A stretch of 64,000 nucleotides of DNA from an uncultured Verrucomicrobiota bacterium. Lineage in GTDB: Bacteria > Verrucomicrobiota > Verrucomicrobiia > Limisphaerales > UBA1412. The translations under genes and the position numbers were made by a program. Below are positions 17,992 to 30,543 of this stretch, piece after piece (position 1 is the first letter of the stretch; the number at the start of each line of letters is the position of its first letter). The notes below the pieces were generated by a model. That model had not been told where the DNA came from, made no database searches, and saw only the letters and a program-made list of their open reading frames with translations. The DNA is taken from positions 17,518 through 81,517 of the forward strand of contig CAZSTC010000001.1 in assembly GCA_964609795.1 (NCBI GenBank), given 5' to 3'.

Positions 17992-20900
17992 ATGTCGTCA
18001 AAAATGCCGAAGAGAGTTAGTTTTGGAAAAATTGGAGAGGTTATGGCTCCTCCAATGCTCATTGAATTGCAGGTTGATTCCTACAATGAGTTTCTCCAAG
18101 CCGATGTTCCGCCCGATAAGCGTGCGGATAAAGGGTTGCAAGCTGTTTTTTCAGAAGTTTTCCCGATAGAAAGCTATGATGGCAAAATAGTACTCAATTA
18201 TAAAAGTTATGAGATTTCAAGCCCTAAGATCACCTGGTTGGAGTCTCTTCGGGAGGGTTTAACTTTCGGTGTTCCGCTGAATGTCACTTTCCTTCTAAAT
18301 AATAACAATACCGTGCAGGAGAAGGTCGTTTTCATGGGCGAAATTCCCATGATGACTCCTCAAGGCACGTTCGTTATCAATGGCGCCGAGCGGGTGATCG
18401 TCAGCCAGCTCCATCGCTCACCGGGCATTGCGTTTGAATCTACGGTTCACCCCAATGGCAAAAAACTTTTCTCCTACCGCATTATTCCGGATCGCGGTTC
18501 TTGGTTCGAAGCCAAGTTCGATACGAGTGATTTACTTTATATCTATCTTGACCGAAAGAAATTGCGGCGGAAATTCCTGATTACGACTTTTCTTCGTGTT
18601 CTGGGATATTCTTCCGACCAGGACATTCTGCAGCTTTTCTACGATATTAAAGAAGTGGACGTTAAGAAGACGATGGATTCGGAGGGGTTGGAAAACCTGA
18701 CTTTGACCGATGACGTCTTGAATCCAGAGTCCGGGTCCACAATTGGCCGCGCATTTGAACCTCTTTCCAAAGCCGTTTTGATGGCGATTTTGGATGCCGG
18801 GGTTAAGAAGGTTCGTGTTGTTGATGTATCAGTGGATGACGGTATCATGATCAAGTGTCTCAAGAAAGATCCCGTCAAGAATGAGGAGGATGCACTTAAG
18901 GAAATTTATCGCCGCTTGCGCCCGGGCGATCCGCCGACCGCCAATAATGCAAAGGCCTTGATCAAGCGTCTGTTTTTTGATCCCCGCCGCTATGATCTGG
19001 GGCGTGTGGGCCGCTACAAGCTTGTCCAGAAACTGGGTTTGAAAGAGGGCGTTGGGGATGAACGTATCATGGTTGCCGATGATGTTGTATATGCCACACG
19101 CTATCTTTTGCGTCTCTGCATGGGGCAGGGGACCGTGGATGATATTGATCACCTGGGCAGCCGTCGTGTCAGGACTGTTGGTGAGCTTCTTGCCAACCAA
19201 TGTCGTATCGGGCTGGCCCGGACTGAGCGTCTTGTGAAAGAGCGCATGACGATTTTTGACCAAACGACCGACAATATGACTCCTGACAAACTGATCAACC
19301 CCAAGGCGCTCTCTGCCGTGGTGCGTGATTTCTTCGGTCGCAGTCAGCTTTCTCAATTCATGGATCAAATCAATCCTCTGGCCGAGACCACCCATAAACG
19401 CCGTCTTTCGGCACTGGGACCCGGTGGACTTTCCCGTGATCGCGCCGGCTTTGAGGTTCGTGACGTTCACTCTTCACATTATGGCAGAATCTGCCCGATT
19501 GAAACGCCTGAAGGTCCGAACATCGGTTTGATCGCTTCCCTGGCAACGTTTGCCCGTATTAATGATTTCGGCTTTATCGAGACTCCTTATCGCAAGGTTG
19601 TGAATGGGAAAGTTTCTCGCGAATTTGAGTATTTGACGGCTGATCAGGAAGAAGGCTTCAACATTGCTCAGGCGAATACTCCCATTGATGATCAAGGAAA
19701 CTTCCTGAGCACGAAGATAGCCTGTCGCCGTTCCGGAGACTTTTATACTTTGGAGCCCGACCAGGTACAATACATGGATGTATCGCCGAAACAGGTTGTT
19801 TCGGTGGCTGCTGGTCTGATTCCCTTCCTTGAGCATGATGATGCAAACCGTGCATTGATGGGTGCGAACATGCAGCGCCAGGCGGTGCCTCTGCTCTCTT
19901 CAGAAGCGCCTTTGATTACCACAGGACTCGAGGCCAACGTGGCCCGTGACTCATGTGCGGTTATTGTTTCAGAGATTGATGGCAAAGTGGCATCGGTAAG
20001 TGCGGATCAAATCGTGATCACAAAAGATGGCATACTTCCCGAGAAGAAACTCAAGCACGATCCTGCAAATGGAATCTGTGTCTATCCCGTTCGCAAGTTC
20101 ATGCGTTCGAATGCGGCCACCTGTATTAATCAGCGGGTTTTAGTCTCCCACGGGGAAGAGATTAAAAAAGGTGAAGTGATTGCTGACGGTCCTTGCACGA
20201 GGAATGGTGAACTGGCTTTGGGCAAAAACGTCCTGGTCGCCTTCATGCCCTGGAATGGGTATAACTTCGAAGATGCCGTACTGATCAGCGAACGGATCGT
20301 GAAAGATGATGTTTTCACTTCCATTCACATTGATGAGTTTGAAATAGGCGCTCGCGATACCAAGCTGGGACCTGAGGAAATCACTCGTGATATTCCCAAC
20401 TTGGGAGAAGAGGCTCTGAAGAACCTGGGAGCGGATGGAGTTATCCGTGTTGGTGCAGAGATTAAGCCGGGTGATATTCTGGTGGGTAAGATTACCCCCA
20501 AGAGCGAAACGGAGTTGGCTCCTGAAGAGCGTCTGTTGAGGGCGATCTTCGGTGAAAAGGCGGCCGATGTCAAAGATACCTCCCTGAGAGTTCCTTCCGG
20601 TACTTATGGAATCGTGATGGATGTCAAAGTAGCCGCCAAGAAAGAGGCTGAGAAAGCTATTGAAAGGCGTAAGGAAGGTACCTCTTCCGAGGCGAAAAAA
20701 CATTCAAAGCAAATCCAGGATGATTACAAGAGCAAGATGGATGCGCTCAAAGAGGAGCTGACCGAAGCATTGAGCAACATTCTTCTAGGCGAAAAGATTC
20801 CTTTGGATGTGGTCAACAGCGAGACGGGTGAAATTATTATTCCGGCCAATCGCAAGATCACCAAGACGCTTTTGCGTAAACTGGCGGCGGTCCATGATCT

Positions 20901-21927
20901 GATTGAGATTGATCCTTCGCCTATTCGCAACAAGATTAACGAAATCGTGGGAGGTTTCCACAAGAAGTTCGAAGAAATTCGCTCTCAGTATGAAGATGAA
21001 CTTGGGCAGATTGAGTCTGGAGAGGATGTGGATCCTGGTGTCGTAAAATCTGTCAAAGTCTACATCGCCTCCAAGCGCAAGCTCTCTGTTGGGGATAAAA
21101 TGGCCGGTCGTCACGGTAATAAAGGTGTGGTGGCCAAAATCGTGCCCGAAGAGGATATGCCCTTCCTTGCCAATGGTCAGCCAGTGGATATCGTTTTGAA
21201 CCCTCTGGGCGTGCCTTCTCGAATGAATGTGGGTCAGGTATTGGAGACTCACCTGGGTTGGGCTGCCAAAGAACTGGGCTTGCATTTTGAAACTCCTGTT
21301 TTTGACGGTATCGGCGAAAAAGAAATCCATTCCTTTTTGAATAAAGCTGGTTTGCCGGAGCATGGAAAGACTCATTTGATTGATGGCCGAACCGGTGAGC
21401 AGTTTGATCAGGAAGTGGTCGTTGGTTATATCTACATGATGAAACTGGACCACCTGGTGGCTGATAAGATTCACGCTCGTGCTGTGGGGCCCTATTCGTT
21501 AGTAACTCAGCAGCCTCTGGGAGGTAAAGCTCAGTATGGTGGACAGCGCTTCGGAGAAATGGAAGTCTGGGCACTGGAAGCTTATGGCGCCGCTTACGCT
21601 CTGCAGGAAATCCTGACGGTTAAATCTGATGATGTACAGGGGCGTACACGCATCTATGAAAGCATCGTAAAGGGAGATAACTCCCTGGATGCAGGCGTGC
21701 CTGAATCCTTCAACGTGCTTGTCAAAGAAATGCAATCCCTGGGTATGGATGTTCGTGTCGGCAGCGGCGGTGAAGAAGGAGCCCTTCTGGCCAGCGCTCA
21801 ACTGCTCCAGTCAGGTGCACCCTCTCAGCCTTCTTTTGGAGAAGGCACTGACTTTAGCGAAGACGAAAAAGAAGAAAGTTCGGAAAAGGATACGTTGGCT
21901 TCTCTGTTCGCAGATGATGAAGAATAA
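17992..21927 (+). CDS. rpoB: DNA-directed RNA polymerase subunit beta
   Basis: [30 protein letters not shown] and [13 protein letters not shown]. The 1311-aa protein has an acidic C-terminal tail. Confidence 0.98.
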   Translation: MSSKMPKRVSFGKIGEVMAPPMLIELQVDSYNEFLQADVPPDKRADKGLQAVFSEVFPIESYDGKIVLNYKSYEISSPKITWLESLREGLTFGVPLNVTFLLNNNNTVQEKVVFMGEIPMMTPQGTFVINGAERVIVSQLHRSPGIAFESTVHPNGKKLFSYRIIPDRGSWFEAKFDTSDLLYIYLDRKKLRRKFLITTFLRVLGYSSDQDILQLFYDIKEVDVKKTMDSEGLENLTLTDDVLNPESGSTIGRAFEPLSKAVLMAILDAGVKKVRVVDVSVDDGIMIKCLKKDPVKNEEDALKEIYRRLRPGDPPTANNAKALIKRLFFDPRRYDLGRVGRYKLVQKLGLKEGVGDERIMVADDVVYATRYLLRLCMGQGTVDDIDHLGSRRVRTVGELLANQCRIGLARTERLVKERMTIFDQTTDNMTPDKLINPKALSAVVRDFFGRSQLSQFMDQINPLAETTHKRRLSALGPGGLSRDRAGFEVRDVHSSHYGRICPIETPEGPNIGLIASLATFARINDFGFIETPYRKVVNGKVSREFEYLTADQEEGFNIAQANTPIDDQGNFLSTKIACRRSGDFYTLEPDQVQYMDVSPKQVVSVAAGLIPFLEHDDANRALMGANMQRQAVPLLSSEAPLITTGLEANVARDSCAVIVSEIDGKVASVSADQIVITKDGILPEKKLKHDPANGICVYPVRKFMRSNAATCINQRVLVSHGEEIKKGEVIADGPCTRNGELALGKNVLVAFMPWNGYNFEDAVLISERIVKDDVFTSIHIDEFEIGARDTKLGPEEITRDIPNLGEEALKNLGADGVIRVGAEIKPGDILVGKITPKSETELAPEERLLRAIFGEKAADVKDTSLRVPSGTYGIVMDVKVAAKKEAEKAIERRKEGTSSEAKKHSKQIQDDYKSKMDALKEELTEALSNILLGEKIPLDVVNSETGEIIIPANRKITKTLLRKLAAVHDLIEIDPSPIRNKINEIVGGFHKKFEEIRSQYEDELGQIESGEDVDPGVVKSVKVYIASKRKLSVGDKMAGRHGNKGVVAKIVPEEDMPFLANGQPVDIVLNPLGVPSRMNVGQVLETHLGWAAKELGLHFETPVFDGIGEKEIHSFLNKAGLPEHGKTHLIDGRTGEQFDQEVVVGYIYMMKLDHLVADKIHARAVGPYSLVTQQPLGGKAQYGGQRFGEMEVWALEAYGAAYALQEILTVKSDDVQGRTRIYESIVKGDNSLDAGVPESFNVLVKEMQSLGMDVRVGSGGEEGALLASAQLLQSGAPSQPSFGEGTDFSEDEKEESSEKDTLASLFADDEE

Positions 21928-21955
21928 TTGAACCGGATAACTAGAAAAGAGATAA

Positions 21956-24900
21956 ATGACTACAAACACAATTCAGCAAGATGCAGCTCGCAAGCTGTTG
22001 GGCATGGGGAAAGTAAACCAGGTGGATTTTGTCTCCATTACCGTGGCGTCTCCTGAAACCATCCGGTCTTGGTCCAAGGGGGAAGTCAAGAATCCCGAAA
22101 CGATTAATTATCGTACTTTTAAGCCTGAGAAAGGCGGCTTGTTCTGTGAACGCATTTTTGGTCCGGTAAAAGATTGGGAATGCTCTTGCGGAAAATACAA
22201 GCGCATCAAGCATCGCGGAGTGGTCTGCGATCGTTGCGGTGTCGAGGTAACTTTGGCTCGCGTTCGCCGCGAGCGTATGGGCCATATCGAATTGGCCGAA
22301 CCTGTTACCCACATCTGGTATTTTAAGTGTGCTCCTTCCCGCATAGGGTTGATTCTGGACATGAGCATCAAGGAGCTCGAACGTGTAGTTTATTACGAAG
22401 ACTACATTGTCGTAGAGCCCGGTTCAACAGGTCTTACAAAGCACCAGCTTCTGAATGAAATCGAGTACATGGAAGCATGCTCGATGTACGGTGATGGCTC
22501 TTTTGTAGCTAAGATGGGCGCCGGTGCCATTCGTGAGGCTTTGGAGAAGGTGGACTTGCAAGAGGATATTGACCGCGTCTCGGAAGAGATGGCGGCAACC
22601 AAAAGCAAGCAGACAAAGAAGAAACTGGCTCGCCGGATCAAGCTTTTGCAGGGTTTCCTTTACTCGCACACTCGTCCTGAGTGGATGGTAATGACTGTGC
22701 TGCCGGTAATTCCTCCGGATTTAAGACCTTTGGTTCCTCTGGAAGGTGGAAGGTTCGCGACTTCAGATCTGAACGATCTCTATCGCCGCGTCATTAACCG
22801 CAATAACCGTTTGAAGAATCTTCTGGCGTTGAAGACTCCGGAAGTGATTGTTAGAAACGAGAAGCGCATGCTTCAGGAAGCGGTGGATGCTCTGTTGGAT
22901 AACGGACGTCATGGGCGTGCGGTTTCAGCGGTCGGCAATCGTGACCTGAAATCTTTGAGTGATATGCTCAAAGGCAAGAGCGGACGTTTCCGCCAGAACC
23001 TCCTGGGTAAGCGCGTCGATTACTCCGGCCGTTCTGTGATCGTGATTGGTCCGGAACTCAAGGTTCACCAATGCGGTTTGCCTAAGAAGATGGCTTTGGT
23101 TCTGTTTGAGCCGTTCATCATCCGCCGCCTGAAAGAGCTTGGATATGTGCATACGGTTCGTTCTGCCAAAAAGTTGATTGAGCGTCAGCCCAGAGAGGTG
23201 TGGGACGTTCTGGAAGAGGTAACTCGCGGTCACACGGTTCTTCTCAATCGTGCTCCGACTCTTCACAGGCTCTCCATTTTGGCGTTTGAACCGGTCCTGA
23301 TTGAAGGAGAGGCTATCCGTATTCACCCTCTGGTTTGTACGGCATTTAACGCGGACTTCGACGGTGACCAGATGGCTGTTCACGTGCCTCTGTCTGTGGA
23401 AGCACAGATGGAAGCCCGTTTGCTGATGCTTTCTGCACACAATATTTTCAACCCGTCCAGTGGAAAGCCGATCATGACGCCTACGCAGGATATTACGTTG
23501 GGTTGTTACTATTTGACTGCGGATCCCCGTACGCCTGAAGACAACAGAGAAAAGCCTTATCTTTTCGGTAATAAGTTCGAGGCTATTTATGCCTACATGG
23601 ATGGATCGATTCGGGTGCATGAGAAAATCCGCATTGCGAATCCTGATTTCAAGCTCAAGACGATTTTTGGTGATTCTGAAAACCGCCTGATTGAGACCAC
23701 TGTAGGACGTGTCCTTTTCAGCGAGGTCTGGCCTAAAGAACTGGGATTTTTCAACAAGGTCGCCGGCAAGTCCCAACTGGGTAATTTGATCGGTGCCTGT
23801 TACAAGCATTGCGGCCATGCACGCACTGTTGAAACTCTCGATAGACTCAAAGAGTTCGGTTTCCGTTATGCCACTCGCGCCGGTCTCTCCATCGGAATGG
23901 TCGATATGATCGTGCCGAAGGAGAAACCCCAGCAGATTGAAATTGCGCAAAAACAGGTCAACGAGACTCAGAAACAGTTTGCCCGTGGTTCGATTACCAG
24001 CGGTGAGCGTTACAATAAGATCGTTGATATTTGGACGCACTGCAGCGATGAGATCGCACGCGTGATGCTCACTACGCTTAAGGAGAACGAGGGTAGGGCT
24101 GAGTATAATCCTCTCTTTATGATGGTGGATTCGGGCGCTCGCGGTAATAAGCAGCAGGTGCGTCAGTTGGCTGGTGTGCGTGGATTGATGGCCAAGCCTT
24201 CAGGTGAAATCATTGAAGACCCGATTCTTTCCAACTTCCGCGACGGATTAACCGTTTTGGAATACTTTATTTCGACGCACGGAGCCCGAAAGGGTTTGGC
24301 TGATACTGCACTTAAGACGGCTGACTCCGGGTATATGACCCGTAAACTGGTTGACGTTTCTCAGGATGTTATCATCCGCGAAGAGGACTGCGGAACGCTC
24401 AATGGTATTTGGGTGCGCGCAATTGTTGATGGAGATGAGGAGCGTGTTAAGCTGACTGAGCGAATTGTGGGCCGCCATGCCTGCGATGATATCTATGACC
24501 CGATGGATAGCAGCAAGATTCTGGTTCCTGCGGGGGCAGAAATTGATGAAATTGTAGCGGATGCAATTGATGATGTCGGTATAGAAAGAGTGAAGATTCG
24601 TTCCGTGCTGACCTGCGAAAGCCGGTTTGGTGTTTGCGCCTGTTGTTATGGACGCAATTTAGCCACGGGCCGAAAAGTAGGTATCGGAGAATCGGTCGGG
24701 ATCATCGCGGCTCAGTCTATCGGTGAGCCCGGTACTCAGCTGACGATGCGTACATTCCACATCGGTGGTACAGCTTCCCAGACGTTTAAGCAACCTGAAA
24801 TCCGCGCTCACTATGATGGTACTTTGCGTTACACGGATTTGCGTGTCGTAGAAATTGACGGCGGTCAAATTGTGCTCAATAAGAATGGTTCCATAGCGGT

Positions 24901-26179
24901 TCTTGATAAGGACGGTGAAGTTCTTGAGGAGCATAAAATCGTAATCGGTGCCTGCATTCTGAAGCCGCATGGTGCGGAGTTGAAGAAAGGCGAACTGCTG
25001 GTTCGCTGGGATCCTTACAATGTGCCAGTTATTTCCGAGCGCGATGGTGTGGTCCAGTTCCAGGATATCATTGACGGCATTACAGTGGAGCACGCCGACA
25101 GCACATCCGGCTCTACAAACCTGATGGTGGTTGAGCACAGGGATGATATGCACCCGCAGATCAACATCCTCGACGATAAGGGGAATATTCTGGGGGCTTA
25201 CCCCATTCCTTCTGGAGCTCACATCGTAGTTGAAAACGGTGCTAAAATTTTTGCGGGATCACAATTGGCCAAGACGCCTCGCCGCCAGTCCAGAACCAGA
25301 GATATTACGGGCGGTTTGCCTCGGGTGGCAGAACTTTTCGAAGCTCGTCATCCCAAAGATGCGGCTGAAATTGCCCGCTTTGACGGGTTTGTGGATATCG
25401 GACCGACCGTCAAAGGTAAAAGGACTGTCATCGTTACGGACCCGAAAACAGGGGAGAGTGAGGAGCATCAGATTCCGTTGAGCAAACACGTGATCGTCTT
25501 CAAGGGCGACCATGTGAGAAAAGGTCAGCAATTGACTGAAGGCTCGGTGGTACCTCATGAAATTCTGGACGTTTGCGGTCCTCAAGAGTTGCAGGAGCAT
25601 CTTTTGAACGAGGTGCAGGAAGTTTATCGGACGCAGGGTGTCTCGATCAATGATAAGCATATCGAGATTATTATTCGTCAGATGTTGCGCAAGGTCCGCA
25701 TTACTGAGCCCGGGGATTCTCTCTTCCTTTGGGGAGAGCAGGTGGACCGTATCGCCTTTGAAGAGGAAAATAAACGCATTGAGCAAATGGGCGGACGCCC
25801 CGCGGAAGGTCAGCCGGTTTTGCTGGGTATTACCAAAGCATCTCTGCAGACTGATTCATTCCTGAGTGCAGCCTCTTTCCAGGATACGACTCAAGTGTTG
25901 ACCGAAGCGGCGACCACCGGAAGAGTGGATGTTCTGCGCGGCTTCAAGGAAAACGTGATTATGGGTCACTTGATTCCGGCCGGCAGTGGTTTCGCGACCT
26001 TCAACTCTGTCAAACTCAAACCGTTGGTGAAACCGGTTGAAGAAGAGGTTGTCGTAGAGGAAGAAGAGCCGGAGGGTAACCCGGATCGCGTTTCAGAGCT
26101 CAAGAAAATACTTGGAACACACGACGTGTTCGAAGAAGAGAGCTTTGAAAAGGAAGCTGACGAGGATATTGAATCCTAA
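21956..26179 (+). CDS. rpoC: DNA-directed RNA polymerase subunit beta'
   Basis: The Zn finger is [23 protein letters not shown] and the catalytic motif is [12 protein letters not shown], at 1407 aa. Confidence 0.98.
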   Translation: MTTNTIQQDAARKLLGMGKVNQVDFVSITVASPETIRSWSKGEVKNPETINYRTFKPEKGGLFCERIFGPVKDWECSCGKYKRIKHRGVVCDRCGVEVTLARVRRERMGHIELAEPVTHIWYFKCAPSRIGLILDMSIKELERVVYYEDYIVVEPGSTGLTKHQLLNEIEYMEACSMYGDGSFVAKMGAGAIREALEKVDLQEDIDRVSEEMAATKSKQTKKKLARRIKLLQGFLYSHTRPEWMVMTVLPVIPPDLRPLVPLEGGRFATSDLNDLYRRVINRNNRLKNLLALKTPEVIVRNEKRMLQEAVDALLDNGRHGRAVSAVGNRDLKSLSDMLKGKSGRFRQNLLGKRVDYSGRSVIVIGPELKVHQCGLPKKMALVLFEPFIIRRLKELGYVHTVRSAKKLIERQPREVWDVLEEVTRGHTVLLNRAPTLHRLSILAFEPVLIEGEAIRIHPLVCTAFNADFDGDQMAVHVPLSVEAQMEARLLMLSAHNIFNPSSGKPIMTPTQDITLGCYYLTADPRTPEDNREKPYLFGNKFEAIYAYMDGSIRVHEKIRIANPDFKLKTIFGDSENRLIETTVGRVLFSEVWPKELGFFNKVAGKSQLGNLIGACYKHCGHARTVETLDRLKEFGFRYATRAGLSIGMVDMIVPKEKPQQIEIAQKQVNETQKQFARGSITSGERYNKIVDIWTHCSDEIARVMLTTLKENEGRAEYNPLFMMVDSGARGNKQQVRQLAGVRGLMAKPSGEIIEDPILSNFRDGLTVLEYFISTHGARKGLADTALKTADSGYMTRKLVDVSQDVIIREEDCGTLNGIWVRAIVDGDEERVKLTERIVGRHACDDIYDPMDSSKILVPAGAEIDEIVADAIDDVGIERVKIRSVLTCESRFGVCACCYGRNLATGRKVGIGESVGIIAAQSIGEPGTQLTMRTFHIGGTASQTFKQPEIRAHYDGTLRYTDLRVVEIDGGQIVLNKNGSIAVLDKDGEVLEEHKIVIGACILKPHGAELKKGELLVRWDPYNVPVISERDGVVQFQDIIDGITVEHADSTSGSTNLMVVEHRDDMHPQINILDDKGNILGAYPIPSGAHIVVENGAKIFAGSQLAKTPRRQSRTRDITGGLPRVAELFEARHPKDAAEIARFDGFVDIGPTVKGKRTVIVTDPKTGESEEHQIPLSKHVIVFKGDHVRKGQQLTEGSVVPHEILDVCGPQELQEHLLNEVQEVYRTQGVSINDKHIEIIIRQMLRKVRITEPGDSLFLWGEQVDRIAFEEENKRIEQMGGRPAEGQPVLLGITKASLQTDSFLSAASFQDTTQVLTEAATTGRVDVLRGFKENVIMGHLIPAGSGFATFNSVKLKPLVKPVEEEVVVEEEEPEGNPDRVSELKKILGTHDVFEEESFEKEADEDIES

Positions 26180-26191
26180 ATTTTATCCTGA

Positions 26192-26223
26192 CCGGGAGAG
26201 TTTTTTCGAAAAGACTCTCCCGG
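26192..26223 (+). terminator. Very stable hairpin just after rpoC (terminator-like, no U tract)
   Basis: CCGGGAGAGTTTTT-TCGA-AAAGACTCTCCCGG forms 14 bp including one G-U pair. It is followed by AAAGGAG rather than a T run. Confidence 0.45.
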
Positions 26224-26291
26224 AAAGGAGTGTTTAAAGTAAGAAAACGGAGAGAAAGTAGCTCTCTGAATAAAAAAGTTAAGAGAAGTGA

Positions 26292-26320
26292 TTGCCAAAC
26301 TGGCGTCTCACTGCTAGGAT
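26292..26320 (+). promoter_or_regulatory. Putative promoter of rpsL-rpsG
   Basis: TTGCCA, a 17-nt spacer and TAGGAT, ~50 nt upstream of the rpsL ATG. Confidence 0.45.
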
Positions 26321-26369
26321 AACGCGCTCTGTCTGCGTAAGGCAGATGATCGCAGAAACGATATAAAGA

Positions 26370-26759
26370 ATGCCAACTATTAACCAACTCGTCCGTAAGG
26401 GACGTAACAAGTTGAATTATAAGTCCAAAGCTCCGGCTCTGGACAACTGTCCTTTCCGTCGCGGGGTATGTTTGCAGGTAATGACCCGTACCCCCAAGAA
26501 GCCGAACTCTGCCATGCGTAAAGTGGCAAAGATTCGTCTTTCCAATGGATTTGAAGTGATCGCATACATCCCTGATGAAGGGCATAACCTCCAGGAACAC
26601 TCGATTGTTTTGGTGCGTGGCGGTCGTGTAAAAGATTTGCCAGGTGTCCGCTATCACATTGTCCGTGGTACACTGGATACGGCTGGTGTTGAAAAACGCC
26701 GTGTAAGCCGTTCAAAGTATGGAGTAAAGAAACCCAAGGCACCCGCCAAGAAGAGTTAA
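26370..26759 (+). CDS. rpsL: 30S ribosomal protein S12
   Basis: [12 protein letters not shown] and [13 protein letters not shown]. Confidence 0.98.
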   Translation: MPTINQLVRKGRNKLNYKSKAPALDNCPFRRGVCLQVMTRTPKKPNSAMRKVAKIRLSNGFEVIAYIPDEGHNLQEHSIVLVRGGRVKDLPGVRYHIVRGTLDTAGVEKRRVSRSKYGVKKPKAPAKKS

Positions 26760-26769
26760 TTTTAAGAAT

Positions 26770-27243
26770 ATGTCTCGTCGTCGTCGTGCTGTTCGTAGGG
26801 CTGTTGCAGAAGACGCTAAATATCATAGCGTCCTGGTTGCCCGTTTAATTAATAAAGTGATGAAGTGGGGTCAGAAATCTAAAGCCCAGAAGATTGTTCA
26901 CAGGGCTTTTGATGTTCTGGCTGAGAAGAACCCCGGTGTGGAGCCAATGGCGATCGTTCAACGTGCCATTGATAACGTGAAGCCGCGCTTGGAGGTTAAA
27001 GCCCGCCGTGTTGGTGGTGCCACATACCAAGTTCCTTTGGAAGTGCCTGTTGATCGCCAAATTTCTCTGGCTATTCGCTGGATTGTGGCGTTGGCAGATG
27101 CTCGCAAGGGGATGCCCATGGAAAACGCATTGGCAAATGAAATTTCAGAGGCTGCTCAAGGACAGGGCAGCGCTATTCGCAAACGGGATGATATGCACAG
27201 AATGGCCCAGGCCAATAAAGCATTCGCCCACTTCCGCTGGTAA
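26770..27243 (+). CDS. rpsG: 30S ribosomal protein S7
   Basis: MSRRRRAVRR and VKPRLEVKARRVGGATYQVP. Confidence 0.97.
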   Translation: MSRRRRAVRRAVAEDAKYHSVLVARLINKVMKWGQKSKAQKIVHRAFDVLAEKNPGVEPMAIVQRAIDNVKPRLEVKARRVGGATYQVPLEVPVDRQISLAIRWIVALADARKGMPMENALANEISEAAQGQGSAIRKRDDMHRMAQANKAFAHFRW

Positions 27244-27264
27244 AAACCATTTATTCCAAAAGAT

Positions 27265-27297
27265 ACGCCCCGATTTATTTTGGCGGGGCGTTTTTAT
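27265..27297 (+). terminator. Canonical intrinsic terminator between rpsG and fusA
   Basis: The 8-bp GC-rich stem ACGCCCCG/CGGGGCGT is followed by TTTTTATT. It ends 22 nt before the fusA GTG. Confidence 0.65.
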
Positions 27298-27318
27298 TAA
27301 ATTCATTTTTTCTGTTAG

Positions 27319-29511
27319 GTGCAAGAAACACAAGACATACATAATAAGGTCATTGACCCCAATGCCGCTGATCGTGCTTATCCGCTTGAGAGAACTCGTA
27401 ATATCGGCATAGCTGCGCATATTGATGCAGGCAAAACGACAACCACTGAGCGTATCCTCTTTTACACGGGGCTCATCCATAAGGCGGGCGACGTGCATGA
27501 CGGCAATACGGTCACTGATTGGATGGAGCAGGAGCGTGAGCGTGGGATTACGATCACCTCGGCTGCCATCGTCTGCTACTGGACTCAGAAGGAGGAAGCA
27601 GGGATTACAAAGTCCTATGCAGGCATTCCTCACCGCATTAATATTATTGACACTCCGGGTCACGTAGACTTCACCGCAGAGGTGGAGCGTTCCATGCGTG
27701 TTCTGGACGGAGCTGTTTCTGTTTTTTGTGCCGTGGGCGGCGTTCAACCCCAATCAGAAACTGTTTGGCGTCAGGCTACCAAGTATAAAGTCCCCCGTGT
27801 CGCTTTTATCAATAAGATGGACCGCACCGGAGCCGACTTCCATTCGGTGATCGCTGAGATGCGCCGGAAACTGGGTGCCTATGCTTATCCTGTTGTTCTG
27901 CCTATTGGCAGTGAGGATAAATTCCAGGGAGTAATCGATGTCATCAACCAAAAGGCGATTATATATGATGAAACCGATGCGGATGGTATGCGTTATTTCA
28001 TCCGTGAGATTCCCTCTGAAATGAGAGAAGAGGCCGCTCTTGAGTTGGAGCGTCTCATCAGTGCAGTTGCCAATAAGGATGATGAAATAGCAGAGCTGGT
28101 CATCATGGAAAAGCCTGTGAAGACGGAGCTGCTAAAGAAAGCTATCCGCCGCCTGACCATCGCTTTGGAGTTTGTTCCTGTTCTCTGCGGTACGGCTTTC
28201 CGGAAGAAGGCTGTGCAACCCCTTGTGGATGCGGTTGTGGATTACCTGCCTTCTCCGCTGGATATTCCCGCGGCAGTGGGAACGGATCCCGATGACTTGA
28301 CCCAGAACGTTCCCGTTGAGACGAGCGATCAGGGTAAATTTACAGCTCTGGCTTTCAAGCTTTGGAGCGATCCTTTCGTAGGTAAATTAGTTTTTATCAG
28401 AGTTTATCGCGGTACTCTTCAGAAGGGCGATATGGTGTATAATCCTCGTATCGGCAAGAGAGAGAGAATTAACCGCTTGATGCTGATCCAGGCCGATGAA
28501 CGCCGGGAAGTGGATAAGGTGTTCTCCGGCGATATTGCTGCCGTAGTGGGACTTAAAAATGTGACCACTGGCGATACCCTCTGTCTGGAGCGCTATCCGG
28601 TTCTTTTGGAACCTCCGACTTTTCCCGAGCCGGTTATCAGCATGGCCGTGGAGCCAAAAACGAAAGCGGACCGTGAAAAGCTTTCTATCGCCTTACAGAG
28701 ACTTTCCGATGAAGATCCGACCTTCCGTTGTTTTACAAATGAGGAAACGGGTCAGTTGATCATTGCTGGCATGGGAGAGCTCCACCTGGATATTATTCGC
28801 GACCGTCTGCTGCGTGAGTTCAAGGTAGAGGCGTTTGTGGGTGAACCTCAGATTGCTTACCGTGAAACCATTACTTCGACCGCCAAGGGCGAGGGCAAGT
28901 TTGTCCGCCAATCCGGTGGTCGTGGACAGTATGGTCATGCAATTATCAGCGTGGAACCGAATACCCGCGGTGCGGGCGTTGAGGTTGTAAGCAAGGTAGT
29001 AGGCGGAACGATTCCTAAAGAATACATTGCGCCGACGATGGCGGGTATTCGAGAAGCGATCGATACAGGTGTTTTGGCGGGTTATACCATGGTGGATTTG
29101 AAGGTTACCATACTGGAAGGATCCTACCATGAAGTGGACTCGAGCGAGCTTGCATTTAAAATGGCTGGAATATTTGCCTTGAAAGATGCGGTCAAAAATG
29201 CTAATCCTATCGTCCTCGAGCCTGTAATGAAGGTCGAAGTCAGTACACCCGATGAATATCAGGGTGATCTTCTGGGAGATTTATCTCGCAGGCGTGGTAA
29301 GATAGTGTCCATCGAGTCGAAAGCCGATGCGATATTACTCAATGCCGAAGTTCCGCTTGCACAGATGTTTGGATATGCTACGGCTATACGGTCCCTGTCC
29401 AAGGGCCGTGCGTCGTATTCTATGGAGCCATCGCATTTTGAACAGGTGCCGGCTTCTGTACTTGAAGTTATACTTGAAAGATCCGTGCCGAAAGCGTCAC
29501 GGACTGTGTAA
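27319..29511 (+). CDS. fusA: Elongation factor G
   Basis: [25 protein letters not shown] and NKMDR, at 730 aa. GTG is the only in-frame start. Confidence 0.96.
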   Translation: MQETQDIHNKVIDPNAADRAYPLERTRNIGIAAHIDAGKTTTTERILFYTGLIHKAGDVHDGNTVTDWMEQERERGITITSAAIVCYWTQKEEAGITKSYAGIPHRINIIDTPGHVDFTAEVERSMRVLDGAVSVFCAVGGVQPQSETVWRQATKYKVPRVAFINKMDRTGADFHSVIAEMRRKLGAYAYPVVLPIGSEDKFQGVIDVINQKAIIYDETDADGMRYFIREIPSEMREEAALELERLISAVANKDDEIAELVIMEKPVKTELLKKAIRRLTIALEFVPVLCGTAFRKKAVQPLVDAVVDYLPSPLDIPAAVGTDPDDLTQNVPVETSDQGKFTALAFKLWSDPFVGKLVFIRVYRGTLQKGDMVYNPRIGKRERINRLMLIQADERREVDKVFSGDIAAVVGLKNVTTGDTLCLERYPVLLEPPTFPEPVISMAVEPKTKADREKLSIALQRLSDEDPTFRCFTNEETGQLIIAGMGELHLDIIRDRLLREFKVEAFVGEPQIAYRETITSTAKGEGKFVRQSGGRGQYGHAIISVEPNTRGAGVEVVSKVVGGTIPKEYIAPTMAGIREAIDTGVLAGYTMVDLKVTILEGSYHEVDSSELAFKMAGIFALKDAVKNANPIVLEPVMKVEVSTPDEYQGDLLGDLSRRRGKIVSIESKADAILLNAEVPLAQMFGYATAIRSLSKGRASYSMEPSHFEQVPASVLEVILERSVPKASRTV

Positions 29512-29567
29512 ACCGATTGGCGGGCAGGTTTGCCTGCCGTCGGAATAAATGTTAGTTAAATAAAAAT

Positions 29568-29876
29568 ATGGCTGGACAAAGAATTAGAATCAGGCTCAAA
29601 GCTTATGATCATCGTGTCATTGATCAGTCCGCGAGTGAAATCGTGGATACTGTCAAGCGCACCGGTGCTCGCGTAGCTGGCCCGATCCCTCTGCCGATGC
29701 GCGTAGAACGCTATACCGTGCAGAGGTCTCCTCACGCGGACAAGAAATCCCAAGAAACTTTTGAGCAAAGAACTCATAAGCGCCTTTTGGACATTCTTGA
29801 TCCGACTGCAAAAACCGTGGACGAATTGAAAAAGCTCAATCTTCCTGCGGGTGTTCATATCACCGTTAAGGTATAA
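29568..29876 (+). CDS. rpsJ: 30S ribosomal protein S10
   Basis: [18 protein letters not shown]. Confidence 0.97.
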   Translation: MAGQRIRIRLKAYDHRVIDQSASEIVDTVKRTGARVAGPIPLPMRVERYTVQRSPHADKKSQETFEQRTHKRLLDILDPTAKTVDELKKLNLPAGVHITVKV

Positions 29877-29888
29877 AGTAGAAGGAAT

Positions 29889-30533
29889 ATGGTAGGTTTA
29901 ATAGGTAAGAAGCTTGGCCACACCCGCATTTACGATACCGAGGGAAATGCTGTTCCTGTAACAGTAGTCCTTGCAGGTCCTAATCGAGTGGTACAATGTA
30001 AGACTGTTGAGAAAGATGGTTACAGCGCAGTCCAGCTTGGGTTTGATGATCAAAAGGAAATTCGGATCAATAAGCCGATGGCTGGGCACTTTCGCAAGCA
30101 CAATGCAGCGCCCGTTAAGAGATTGCGTGAATTTCGCGATTTTTCTCTCAAGGTCAAGCAAGGTGATGTCTTGAGTGTGGATGTGTTTGCCCAGGGCGAT
30201 TATGTTGATTGCATTGGGATGACGAAGGGTCGCGGTTTTGAAGGTGTCGTGAAGCGCCATGGTTTCCACGGAGCTCCTGCAACACACGGTAGCAAAGGAT
30301 GGAAGCGCAGATCAGGCGCTCTTGGTTGGCGCCGGCCCGGTACAATTGACAAGGGCAAGAGAATGCCTGGCCACATGGGCTGTGTCCGCCGTACGGTGCA
30401 GAATTTAAAAATTGTGGGGATTCTCCCCGAAGACAATGTCATCCTTGTGAGCGGCTGCATGCCTGGTGCTGAGGGCGACTATGTAATTATTCGTGAATCC
30501 AAAAAGAACCCCAAGACCACTGTTCAGAAGTAG
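29889..30533 (+). CDS. rplC: 50S ribosomal protein L3
   Basis: GLIGKKLGHTRIYD and TKGRGFEGVVKRHGF. Confidence 0.96.
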   Translation: MVGLIGKKLGHTRIYDTEGNAVPVTVVLAGPNRVVQCKTVEKDGYSAVQLGFDDQKEIRINKPMAGHFRKHNAAPVKRLREFRDFSLKVKQGDVLSVDVFAQGDYVDCIGMTKGRGFEGVVKRHGFHGAPATHGSKGWKRRSGALGWRRPGTIDKGKRMPGHMGCVRRTVQNLKIVGILPEDNVILVSGCMPGAEGDYVIIRESKKNPKTTVQK

Positions 30534-30543
30534 GAGTTAAAGC

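Noticed and set aside
18829-21574. Several 170-230-aa minus-strand ORFs inside rpoB (18829-19470, 20140-20703, 20785-21474, 21053-21574).
   Set aside because: They are antisense to rpoB, overlap one another in different frames and carry no motifs. They are spurious.
22925-24040. A 371-aa ORF on the minus strand inside rpoC, plus similar long antisense ORFs at 24659-25222, 25259-25786 and 26100-26657.
   Set aside because: They lie entirely antisense to a gene with unmistakable RpoC motifs. The translations are low-complexity and Arg/Leu/Ser-rich with no recognisable domain. This is the typical stop-poor antisense frame of a codon-biased gene.
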